A stretch of 20,000 nucleotides of DNA from an uncultured virus (IMG/VR IMGVR_UViG_3300021255_001403) (lineage: Duplodnaviria > Heunggongvirae > Uroviricota > Caudoviricetes): IMG/VR virus record IMGVR_UViG_3300021255_001403; one strand, given 5' to 3'. Below, piece by piece: positions 7,509 through 14,892 of the stretch. Each line of letters starts with the position of its first letter. Position 1 is the first letter of the stretch. The notes under the pieces were generated by a model that had not been told where the DNA came from, did no database searches, and saw only the letters and a list, made by a program, of their open reading frames with translations. Made by a program: the position numbers and the translations under genes.

Positions 7509-9530
7509 ATGGCAGTAGTTGGTACTAGCCCTGCTAAGCAGCTCCAAGAGTCGCTTCGCAACTATGAAACAGACCCTATGCGTGGCTTGGCAAAGAAATT
7601 TGCTTCCATCGCACAGGCTGGTATATCTGAAAACGTTGATTTATTTAGTGAACCCACTAAATTTTTCAGTAAATCCGTTTTGAATAATCAGATGAAAGAT
7701 TTCTTTATTAAAGAATCTTTTGACCCCGAAGATCCGGATCTGAAAGGTAAACCGGACGCTGTAAAAGCTGCTTATGCTCAGATGGCTCAGTTATATGAAA
7801 ACGATATCTCTAGCCTTACTGAAGCAGCTCCGCTTGGTGCTTTCAACCCAGTTGTTGGTATTACCTTCCCGATGCATAAGAATCTTCTTATGACTACGGT
7901 ATTTGATAAAGGTGCTATTCCGAAAGATGTCGCTGCTGGTCCGCAGTTCACCTTGACGATGGAAACCCGTACTCTGTATAGTCCGGATGGTACCCAGATT
8001 GATATGTTCTTGGAGCAGAATAAGATTAAAGATATCGTTGAATCTGCTGTTCCTCGTAAGGATATCGTTCTGAAGCTTCCGGAAGACCAGAATACGGATA
8101 TTCTGTCTCTGCTTGGTGCAGCTAACCGTACGACTGCTAACGTATCTCGTGCTTCTAAAGTTACGAAGATTATCGTTAAAAATGTTTGGACGGTTAAAGG
8201 TGAGCAGTATGCTACGGTTGATAGCAATGGTAATGTAACTGCTATTTCCACTTATACTGGTGATGGTGAAGCACTGAATAAGGTTATTCCTATCGAACCG
8301 ATTCGTTTCGTTGCCTCCTATGGTCAGTATGACCGTACGTTCCAGCATCGTATCAACATGATCGTTCCGACTGATGGTACTGGTGGTGTTCGTAATGAAG
8401 AGTTCCAGTTCGCTGGTTCTATGCATAACAACCGTTTCTCCTTCATGACGACTTCTGCTAACGTAACGCATGTAATTCTGAGTGCAGCTCTGGATGTTTC
8501 TTCTGCTGCATATGAAACTCCGAAAGTTAAATGGTCCGCACGTACGGAATTCTTTGAAATCCCCGAAGCACCACATATCACGGTAACCATCTCTCCTGAA
8601 GAGACCCGTGATATCCAGGCTATGTATAATGTAAATCAGTTAACGAAACTGATGAGCATGATCAAGCTGACCTTGGTTAACTACAAAGATGATAAGATTC
8701 TCGAAGATCTTGATATGTCCTTCACGAATCTGCCGGCTACTAGCAAGATTGCTGCTGGTTTCGATTTCGTACCGCCGGATAACTTCCTGGGTAGCCATGT
8801 AACCTGGCGTTATGAAACCTTCATGGACTTCCTCGATACTCATGTAACGACTCTGTTACAGGTATTGAATGATGAAAACATGACGGTTTCCATATTCGGT
8901 CGTCCTGAACTTATTCGTAAGATTACTCCGAAAGAATATACGTATCAGACTCCGTCTACGATTGGTCCTGTTCAGTTAGACTATAAGAAGACGGTTAAGA
9001 CTACTGATAATCGTATCTATCAGTTCATTAGTTCGAACAAGCTGCGTAATGATAATAACCTGATTATTATCCTGAATCCGCGCAACTCTAAACGAGTAAT
9101 GTACAAGATCTTCGATTATCAGCTGTATGTAGGTAATGAAATTCGTGATACGGATAACTATCAGTTACCGGCAATCACCGCTTTCGAGCGCTTCCTCTTC
9201 ATTTCCTATCAGCCTGTACAGGGTCGTATCCAGATCTTCAACCCGACTGGCTTGAAGAAGCATCTGGTTAATAATAATCCTATTGGTAATCGTGCTCTGA
9301 ATGATTATACTGCTAATGAAATTAGCTATGATCATGAAACTGGTAAGTATATTGAATATACTCGTGACCAGCTGCCGAATACGCCGGTTAGCCCGACCAG
9401 CATTATTCAGCAGAGCCCGCAGGAATTCAAGGATGCAGACTATAGCAAGAATGTACCCATCTATTCCCCGAACTACACTAATAGTGATCCTTCTAATCCG
9501 GCTCCGTCCAATCCGAGCACTGGTTATTAA
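7509..9530 (+). CDS. major capsid protein precursor (jumbo phage), 673 aa
   Basis: AAAGGAGG SD, own promoter and terminator; the most biased codon usage in the window (CCG, CTG, CGT, TTC, AAC); about 105-aa helical propeptide ending at LTE|AAP; follows a scaffold-like gene; size typical of jumbo phage capsid precursors. No direct alignment was possible. Confidence 0.75.
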   Translation: MAVVGTSPAKQLQESLRNYETDPMRGLAKKFASIAQAGISENVDLFSEPTKFFSKSVLNNQMKDFFIKESFDPEDPDLKGKPDAVKAAYAQMAQLYENDISSLTEAAPLGAFNPVVGITFPMHKNLLMTTVFDKGAIPKDVAAGPQFTLTMETRTLYSPDGTQIDMFLEQNKIKDIVESAVPRKDIVLKLPEDQNTDILSLLGAANRTTANVSRASKVTKIIVKNVWTVKGEQYATVDSNGNVTAISTYTGDGEALNKVIPIEPIRFVASYGQYDRTFQHRINMIVPTDGTGGVRNEEFQFAGSMHNNRFSFMTTSANVTHVILSAALDVSSAAYETPKVKWSARTEFFEIPEAPHITVTISPEETRDIQAMYNVNQLTKLMSMIKLTLVNYKDDKILEDLDMSFTNLPATSKIAAGFDFVPPDNFLGSHVTWRYETFMDFLDTHVTTLLQVLNDENMTVSIFGRPELIRKITPKEYTYQTPSTIGPVQLDYKKTVKTTDNRIYQFISSNKLRNDNNLIIILNPRNSKRVMYKIFDYQLYVGNEIRDTDNYQLPAITAFERFLFISYQPVQGRIQIFNPTGLKKHLVNNNPIGNRALNDYTANEISYDHETGKYIEYTRDQLPNTPVSPTSIIQQSPQEFKDADYSKNVPIYSPNYTNSDPSNPAPSNPSTGY

Positions 9531-9571
9531 TAAAAGACTCTCCCTAAAATTACATAAATCCCACAATTATT

Positions 9572-9596
9572 CCAGAGGACCTAAATGGTCCTCTGG
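9572..9596 (+). terminator. intrinsic terminator of the capsid gene
   Basis: CCAGAGGACC / GGTCCTCTGG 10-bp stem followed by GATTAATTTTTT. Confidence 0.85.
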
Positions 9597-9618
9597 GATT
9601 AATTTTTTACAGATATAA

Positions 9619-9630
9619 AACATAAGAGTA
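9619..9630 (+). promoter_or_regulatory. putative phage late promoter AACA-N6-TA driving a non-coding region
   Basis: AACAtaagagTA just after the capsid terminator; no SD-led ORF downstream on +. Confidence 0.6.
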
Positions 9631-9775
9631 AAGTGCTATTAATAAACTAGTCTCCTTGAAAAAGAAATAAAGCCTGCTCATCTTTATTTCTTTACTGTTT
9701 CGGGTGTTGCTGATTTGTGTTCCTTTCTATTTCTGTTAAAGAAAAGAGAGTGCGTTAAGCACTCTCCTTTTCTTT
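9630..9775 (+). ncRNA. candidate small RNA A with anti-SD sequence
   Basis: Promoter, hairpin 9661-9693, U-rich single-stranded stretch containing TGTTCCTTTCTATT (9718-9731), then a 16-bp hairpin with one bulge (9738-9775). A further hairpin lies at 9789-9812. Confidence 0.5.
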
Positions 9776-9788
9776 GGGCTTATTTAAG

Positions 9789-9812
9789 GGGGAGAGCATA
9801 ATTGCTCTCCCC
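9789..9812 (+). terminator. GC-rich hairpin, possible terminator of the non-coding transcript
   Basis: GGGGAGAGCA / TGCTCTCCCC 10-bp stem followed by TATTCT. Confidence 0.6.
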
Positions 9813-9831
9813 TATTCTAGTGCGTGAAATC

Positions 9832-9858
9832 AAAAAAAATAACCCCTCCTAAGAGGGG
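9832..9858 (-). terminator. intrinsic terminator of the minus-strand gene 9878-10333
   Basis: CCCCTC / GAGGGG stem (9843-9858) with an A8 run on its left (U tract on the minus strand). Confidence 0.75.
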
Positions 9859-9877
9859 CATTAATTATCTCCTTTAC

Positions 9878-10333
9878 TTATACAGGAAGGGTGGTGATAG
9901 GATACGTCATTTTGAATTTATTCATATCAGTTATACAGATTATATCTATATAACCGTACTCTGATAGAATAACTTCGTCTAAAGTGTATTCCTCATCCAC
10001 CGGCCCATAATAGAATCCTTTACAGGTTTCTATTATTCTAGAATCTTTATCTTCTACCTCCAATTCCAGAAGCCAGTGTTTCTCAAAATTTGCTAAGAAG
10101 CAGAAAAATTTATTTTCTCCCAAAGTCTTTTTCATAGAAAAATTATCTGGAAAATCAACTGAATAATCTGACTTCTTATAAAAGAAAATTCCCTTTCTAT
10201 GAGTATTGATAGCAGAATTGACTGCTCTTAATCTCATAGATCCATACTCACCAATCTTGGTTCTAGCCATAATTGGCTTTCTGGACTTCAGAGTTTTTAA
10301 CTCTGAATCTGACACAAAACGATAAAGTTTCAT
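9878..10333 (-). CDS. hypothetical protein, possible ADP-ribosyltransferase-like fold, 151 aa
   Basis: AGAAAGGAG SD. N-terminal KLYRFVSxxE, central GIFF, and a late acidic DEVIL strand resemble the ART strand order. The CDS is solid, the fold call is weak. Confidence 0.55.
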   Translation of the reverse strand: MKLYRFVSDSELKTLKSRKPIMARTKIGEYGSMRLRAVNSAINTHRKGIFFYKKSDYSVDFPDNFSMKKTLGENKFFCFLANFEKHWLLELEVEDKDSRIIETCKGFYYGPVDEEYTLDEVILSEYGYIDIICITDMNKFKMTYPITTLPV

Positions 10334-10410
10334 GAATGTCTCCTTTCTATAGATAGAGGATCATAGCTATTTTGCATATGTATCTATATACATATAACCT
10401 CTATTCACTA

Positions 10411-10422
10411 CTATAATATATT
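10411..10422 (-). promoter_or_regulatory. putative early promoter ATATA-n-TATA
   Basis: Minus strand reads AATATATTATAG about 80 nt upstream of the 10333 start; resembles the repeated motif at 12356 and 19618. Confidence 0.45.
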
Positions 10423-10478
10423 ATTGTAAATATATCGTTTTACAAAATAAAGAGGAATGATATCTCTCTTTAATGAGT

Positions 10479-10491
10479 AATATAATATAAA
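10479..10491 (+). promoter_or_regulatory. putative early promoter ATATA-n-TATA
   Basis: AATATAATATAAA upstream of element B and the 10616 ORF; also contains TATAAT. Confidence 0.4.
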
Positions 10492-10494
10492 GTT

Positions 10495-10590
10495 ATAGAC
10501 TTTATAGTAAGTTTAATTTATTAGTTGTTCCTTTCTATTCTGCTACGAGAAAGAAGAGTGCTTGGGGTGTGAGCACTCTACTTTCTTTTG
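10495..10590 (+). ncRNA. candidate small RNA / leader B, paralogous to element A
   Basis: Exact copy of TGTTCCTTTCTATT (10526-10539) followed by a hairpin (10548-10586) sharing the AGAGTGC/GCACTCT core with element A and ending in a U tract. Confidence 0.5.
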
Positions 10591-10615
10591 TGTATTTAAA
10601 GGGGAGTGTATGAAA

Positions 10616-10855
10616 ATGACTTTTGTATTAAAAACTGTTCCAGGAGTTAGAGAGATTTATGTACCAACTAATAACAAAGATTTAGAAAGTAAGATGACAG
10701 AGCTAATAGATGCTGTAAATGAAGCTTATCATGATTATAAAGAATCTAAATTGAATTGTAAGAGATCTGATACAGAATATGGTATTTATCATGAAGCAGT
10801 AAATGAAGTATATAGATTCGTTAGAGCAAATCCTGAATGTACAATTAAAATATGA
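10616..10855 (+). CDS. hypothetical protein, about 79 aa
   Basis: AAAGGGGAG SD ending at 10606 favours ATG 10616 (or 10610) over the TTG at 10562, which lies within a hairpin. Confidence 0.8.
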   Translation: MTFVLKTVPGVREIYVPTNNKDLESKMTELIDAVNEAYHDYKESKLNCKRSDTEYGIYHEAVNEVYRFVRANPECTIKI

Positions 10856-10862
10856 ATATAGG

Positions 10863-10888
10863 TGTGCTACCCTTAATTGGGTAGCACA
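10863..10888. terminator. hairpin between convergent genes, probable bidirectional terminator
   Basis: TGTGCTACCC / GGGTAGCACA 10-bp stem. Confidence 0.75.
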
Positions 10889-10891
10889 TTA

Positions 10892-11065
10892 TTAATTATC
10901 ATATTGAGCAATTACTAATTCTACTTTATTCTTTTCCATTGGGCAATCGCTCATAATACTAGTAGGCTTCTTTATATCTTCCCACCATGGTTTCTTATTA
11001 GCACTAATTCTATCTTTTTCGGGAAGATTAGCACTATAATCATTCAATGCTCTAGAAGAATCCAT
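10892..11065 (-). CDS. 57-aa microprotein sharing a peptide with the capsid C-terminus
   Basis: GAGGTGA SD before ATG 11065; own AACA-N6-TA promoter; ends at the 10863-10888 hairpin. Sequence begins MDSSRALNDYSANLP. Confidence 0.8.
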   Translation of the reverse strand: MDSSRALNDYSANLPEKDRISANKKPWWEDIKKPTSIMSDCPMEKNKVELVIAQYDN

Positions 11066-11081
11066 AATTATCACCTCATTT

Positions 11082-11103
11082 GACAAATTATTAATGCACT
11101 GTT
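11082..11103. promoter_or_regulatory. overlapping face-to-face late promoter pair
   Basis: Plus strand GACAaattatTA (11082-11093) and minus strand AACAgtgcatTA (11103-11092) share the TA at 11092-11093. Confidence 0.65.
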
Positions 11104-11122
11104 TAAAAGAGGAGGCTTCTAT

Positions 11123-12322
11123 ATGATGTTTACAAAAACACAATTCAAAAACATGTATGAAGATGTGGAAATATGTATTGCTAATATAAAAATGAACCCT
11201 ATACAGGAATACTTTGATGATTTAAAATTTGCTTTAAATAAATTATTCCAAAGTCAGTGTAGTTCGGTTATTTATACTGAGAATATAGATAAATTATTCT
11301 TCGGTTTATATATAATGCCTAGAATCAATCCTAATGAAACTATCCAAGCTATTACGTCTACTAAAAAGCTTATAGTCAAGGCTTATGATATAGAAATAGA
11401 TTCTAAATTATTCAGTCCCTCTATTGGTCTTACCAATAGAGAAATTACTGCTCTTATTATACATGATATTGGAGCAATGGTATTAGATTCATCTCCAGCT
11501 CAAGAAGTTATTAAAGCTATAGATAGATACTTGGTAGATAATCATCAGGTATTAAAGCTTAGTGATTCTATTCATTATCGTCAGATACTCAATCTTGGGT
11601 TTAGAGATGCTATAAGAAAATGTACTTCCATATTCCAATTAGGTAGTTATAATGTAGAGAAAGATATATTTGCAGACTTTATTGATTGGACTAATTATAA
11701 AGAATCTGTATTATCTGGATTGAATAAGATAGAGAGTACTGGCAATAATATAAATAAGAATCTTGATAATAAATTTATTGTATTATCTTGGTTGATGAGA
11801 GTGTATAATGATGTAGTTGGATATAGATTATCTGTAATAAGATTATGTGAACGTATGAAAGAATTATCTCCCTCTAAGATAGAGAGAAAAGAATTAGATA
11901 CTTTGAATAAACGTATACAACTTATTGATGATGATATGCTATTAGAGTCTAATAAATCTGAAATGGATTTTGAAGGTAAAGAGTTATTAGAGTCTATTAG
12001 ATTATTACAATTTCCTATAGATGATGATGTATACGATTGCTTAAAACGTAGTAAGAATGATTTAGTAGGAATTGTATTACAGCAAGATAATATAGATCCT
12101 AATGAACCTGATGCTATACCAGATCTTATCCATAACATAAATAACTCTATGAGTCATATAAAAGACTATGTAGAGAATCATGAGACTAATAAAGATGCAT
12201 TTAAACAGTTTGATACCATTTATCGTGATATGGCTAAACGTCGTTCACAATTAAATGATGGTAAAATGTATGTAGTAAATTATGGGCTTAAAAATAAATT
12301 TACAAAACAAGAAGATCAATAA
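11123..12322 (+). CDS. putative virion protein with degenerate zincin-like motif, 399 aa
   Basis: AGAGGAGG SD; LTNREITALIIHDIGA resembles the LxxxExxAxxxHExGH zincin helix but lacks the Glu and second His; two LLES candidate cleavage sites; late-type promoter. Confidence 0.55.
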   Translation: MMFTKTQFKNMYEDVEICIANIKMNPIQEYFDDLKFALNKLFQSQCSSVIYTENIDKLFFGLYIMPRINPNETIQAITSTKKLIVKAYDIEIDSKLFSPSIGLTNREITALIIHDIGAMVLDSSPAQEVIKAIDRYLVDNHQVLKLSDSIHYRQILNLGFRDAIRKCTSIFQLGSYNVEKDIFADFIDWTNYKESVLSGLNKIESTGNNINKNLDNKFIVLSWLMRVYNDVVGYRLSVIRLCERMKELSPSKIERKELDTLNKRIQLIDDDMLLESNKSEMDFEGKELLESIRLLQFPIDDDVYDCLKRSKNDLVGIVLQQDNIDPNEPDAIPDLIHNINNSMSHIKDYVENHETNKDAFKQFDTIYRDMAKRRSQLNDGKMYVVNYGLKNKFTKQEDQ

Positions 12323-12327
12323 CATAT

Positions 12328-12350
12328 GGGATAGGCGAAATGCCTATCCC
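12328..12350 (+). terminator. intrinsic terminator
   Basis: GGGATAGGC / GCCTATCCC 9-bp stem followed by TAATTTT. Confidence 0.8.
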
Positions 12351-12355
12351 TAATT

Positions 12356-12378
12356 TTGATTATATACTATAAAAATGA
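12356..12378 (+). promoter_or_regulatory. putative early promoter, 23-nt repeat copy 1
   Basis: TTGATTATATACTATAAAAATGA, identical to 19618-19640; directly upstream of the SD of 12394. Confidence 0.65.
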
Positions 12379-12393
12379 AAGGAAGATATTAAT

Positions 12394-12771
12394 ATGAGTA
12401 TTCAGCATGAATTCGAGGTCGAAGTACCAAGACAAATTAAAGAGGTAGAAATAAAAGATTTTATATTTGATGAATCTGCTAAATATTTTATTAAGTCTTT
12501 TCTTTGTAAGGAGGCTGATAGAAAAGAGACAGACTATTATGATATTAAACCTAAGGAATTGAAAACTGGTACTAATGCTAAAGGGGATGTGATTAAATCA
12601 GGTAATGTTACTATTACACAGCTTTATGATATGGATGATTTTACTGAGAAAGAAGAGTATATAGTTGCTATTATTATTAATATAACAGATAAAGTAGTAA
12701 GAGTCATCCCAGTAACTAATCCTGAAGAGAAATATGGCATAATGAAATTGTTTATTACTGTTGATCAGTAA
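12394..12771 (+). CDS. hypothetical protein, 125 aa
   Basis: GAAAGGAAG SD; followed by hairpin TGCATCAT/ATGATGCA (12779-12798). Confidence 0.85.
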   Translation: MSIQHEFEVEVPRQIKEVEIKDFIFDESAKYFIKSFLCKEADRKETDYYDIKPKELKTGTNAKGDVIKSGNVTITQLYDMDDFTEKEEYIVAIIINITDKVVRVIPVTNPEEKYGIMKLFITVDQ

Positions 12772-12884
12772 AAGATTGTGCATCATCTTTATGATGCATA
12801 TATAAAAAATTAAATGAAATGAGTTTGATAGACGTTAGTATTTTTTTCTTGTTTATAATTTAATATAGAGGAGTATCTTTTAAA

Positions 12885-13253
12885 ATGGTATACACAATTA
12901 AAATCCCAGAAGAAAAATCTGAAATCAATATTGATGGAATAGAGTATAACGTTAGAAAGTCTTATACTGTAATAGGGTTTAAAGCTACAGATAAGAATGG
13001 TAATGAAGTTGATCATAATTCTTTTATTCCTAATATGATTTCGAATCCACTCACTAGTAATCAAATTACTTATACCAAAGATAATGTAATTAAGAGCACA
13101 TTACTTAGATTTTGGTATAGACGAGTTAAAGAAACTGATACTCTATTAATGATAGATATTACAGTGGATTTTAATAAGAAATGTATAATCATAGACCCGA
13201 TAAAGAATGATGAAGTAATTCGTATATCTTCTATAGAGTTATCTGTAGATTGA
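12885..13253 (+). CDS. hypothetical protein, 122 aa
   Basis: AGAGGAG SD upstream of ATG. Confidence 0.8.
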   Translation: MVYTIKIPEEKSEINIDGIEYNVRKSYTVIGFKATDKNGNEVDHNSFIPNMISNPLTSNQITYTKDNVIKSTLLRFWYRRVKETDTLLMIDITVDFNKKCIIIDPIKNDEVIRISSIELSVD

Positions 13254-13277
13254 TATATAGTTCTTTATTATCATCAT

Positions 13278-13289
13278 AACAGTAAAGTA
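13278..13289 (+). promoter_or_regulatory. putative phage late promoter AACA-N6-TA
   Basis: AACAgtaaagTA, 42 nt before ATG 13332. Confidence 0.6.
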
Positions 13290-13331
13290 TTGAGATTAAA
13301 GGTTTGTATATATTTAAAGGAGGACACTATA

Positions 13332-14123
13332 ATGGCATTTTATGGAACTCAGGAAGCATGGAGACCGTCTATATACTCTGGATTGAGCTTCTTCAATCCT
13401 ACTTCTAAGATTGATAAAACTTCTTTATCTTTCTCTATGTGGCAGACTACACTTTGTATTAAGATTGCACCTGCAATTGAAAGTGGTACAAATGAAGCTC
13501 CGAAATATGATTATAAGAATGCAGTTGCTATTTTCTTAACTCCGATTAAGGCTCATTTGTTTGCCGAGATTATGAAGAATTTTAAAGAGAATCCAGATCA
13601 GTATAATAATCATGGTATTAATTCACCTAGTGCTATTATTACCATTGATAAACCTGATACTTTCGGTCATCCTGAATGTGGTCCTGTAATCAGCATCCGT
13701 AAAGTAAATGATGAAGGAAATGTAGAACTCGGTTATTCTTATGAATGCAGTAGAGAAAATCAGTCTGCTATTGTAGGATTTAATGTAGAAAGTCCTAAAG
13801 ACTTTAAGAAGAATACCGAGATCTTTAAAGATATCGAGTTTGATGCTATTATTACTCAGCTGGAAGCTTATTATGAAGCTATGACTAATGCTACAGCATT
13901 CTCCGTAGTACATAACTTGTATCCGTTCTTGGATAAGATTGCTATTAAACTTGGTGTAGATTTATCTGGTACTCGTCGTACTTCTGGTGGTTTCTTCAGT
14001 AATACCGGTGCTGGATTTAGTACACAAACTATTGGTAATACTCCTAACCAGCCAATTAATGCTTCATCTAATGGTGGAGATTATGATGCATCACGGTTTA
14101 AAGCATTAATTGCTTCTGAATAA
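13332..14123 (+). CDS. hypothetical protein, 263 aa, possible Whirly/PC4-like single-stranded nucleic acid binding protein
   Basis: AAAGGAGG SD places the start at ATG 13332, not TTG 13290. Two apparent beta-strand-run plus helix units and a flexible G/S/N/T-rich C-terminal tail. Confidence 0.5.
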   Translation: MAFYGTQEAWRPSIYSGLSFFNPTSKIDKTSLSFSMWQTTLCIKIAPAIESGTNEAPKYDYKNAVAIFLTPIKAHLFAEIMKNFKENPDQYNNHGINSPSAIITIDKPDTFGHPECGPVISIRKVNDEGNVELGYSYECSRENQSAIVGFNVESPKDFKKNTEIFKDIEFDAIITQLEAYYEAMTNATAFSVVHNLYPFLDKIAIKLGVDLSGTRRTSGGFFSNTGAGFSTQTIGNTPNQPINASSNGGDYDASRFKALIASE

Positions 14124-14188
14124 TGTGTATGTACTCTAAGGGCTGGAATGTGGTGGATGTATAATCATCTTTACTAATTAAAATACAT

Positions 14189-14222
14189 ATAAGGAGGTAT
14201 ATATTTATACCTCCTTATTTTT
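14189..14222 (+). terminator. intrinsic terminator
   Basis: ATAAGGAGGTATA / TATACCTCCTTAT 13-bp stem followed by a T run. Confidence 0.75.
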
Positions 14223-14236
14223 TGGAGGTTATTACG

Positions 14237-14884
14237 GTGATACTTCCAGATCCTTATTCAAAATCTCTAGAAGTGGACTTTAATACAATTTTCGATACAG
14301 ATTTAGGCTCAGCTCTTTATCTATTAGATAATACTTCTAATAAATCTTATTTTGAAGATTATATTATGACTACTACTATGGAATTTCATTATTATAGTAT
14401 TCTTACTCGAAAGATTGAGAATCCTATAACCTATTTATTCAAAGACAAATATAAATCTAATGCAGATCTTATATTTAAAGAGTTACAGGATAAAAAGTGG
14501 GATAAAGTATTGGAATACAGTATTCCTACTGATATATTAAGAATGTTTTTAGTAGGTACAGAATCCGCTGGATTCAATCTTACTATTAAATGCATAAATG
14601 ATATTGAATGTGATCATATTAGAAAGATTAATAAGAAATGGAATCCTCAGATAGAAATAGAATCTGTAGAAGATTTTTCTGCTTTATATATTCACAATGT
14701 AAAATCACTAGTAACCAGAAAGTGGAATCCTAATTGTAAATCTGTATATCTATATGGTCATGCATTGAATTATAAAAACTTTGATATCAAGATGGATTGT
14801 ATCAATGATGTAGGACTATTATTTCCACATACACAATTCTTCTTTATTCCTCCATACTCTGATTTTGAATTACCGAAAGGATGA
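14237..14884 (+). CDS. hypothetical protein, possible degenerate HAD-fold (5'-nucleotidase-like), about 215 aa
   Basis: GGAGGT SD at 14224-14229 favours GTG 14237. N-terminal LEVDFNTIFDTD resembles HAD motif I (hhhDxDxTh.D) with the second Asp replaced. Confidence 0.5.
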   Translation: MILPDPYSKSLEVDFNTIFDTDLGSALYLLDNTSNKSYFEDYIMTTTMEFHYYSILTRKIENPITYLFKDKYKSNADLIFKELQDKKWDKVLEYSIPTDILRMFLVGTESAGFNLTIKCINDIECDHIRKINKKWNPQIEIESVEDFSALYIHNVKSLVTRKWNPNCKSVYLYGHALNYKNFDIKMDCINDVGLLFPHTQFFFIPPYSDFELPKG

Positions 14885-14892
14885 ATTAGTAT

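Noticed and set aside
7787..9618. Several long antisense or alternate-frame ORFs over the capsid gene, and similar ones over other long genes
   Set aside because: Shadow ORFs caused by codon bias on the coding strand; no SD sites and non-protein-like composition.
9572..9858. Cluster of five hairpins that could be a CRISPR mini-array or tRNAs
   Set aside because: The hairpins differ in sequence, are not regularly spaced, and show no cloverleaf or T-loop signature.
14189..14218. Hairpin containing a perfect AAGGAGGT paired with ACCTCCTT, suggesting an SD-sequestering switch
   Set aside because: No start codon follows that SD at usable spacing, and the next gene has its own GGAGGT; a plain terminator is the simpler reading, though alternative pairing with the downstream SD cannot be excluded.
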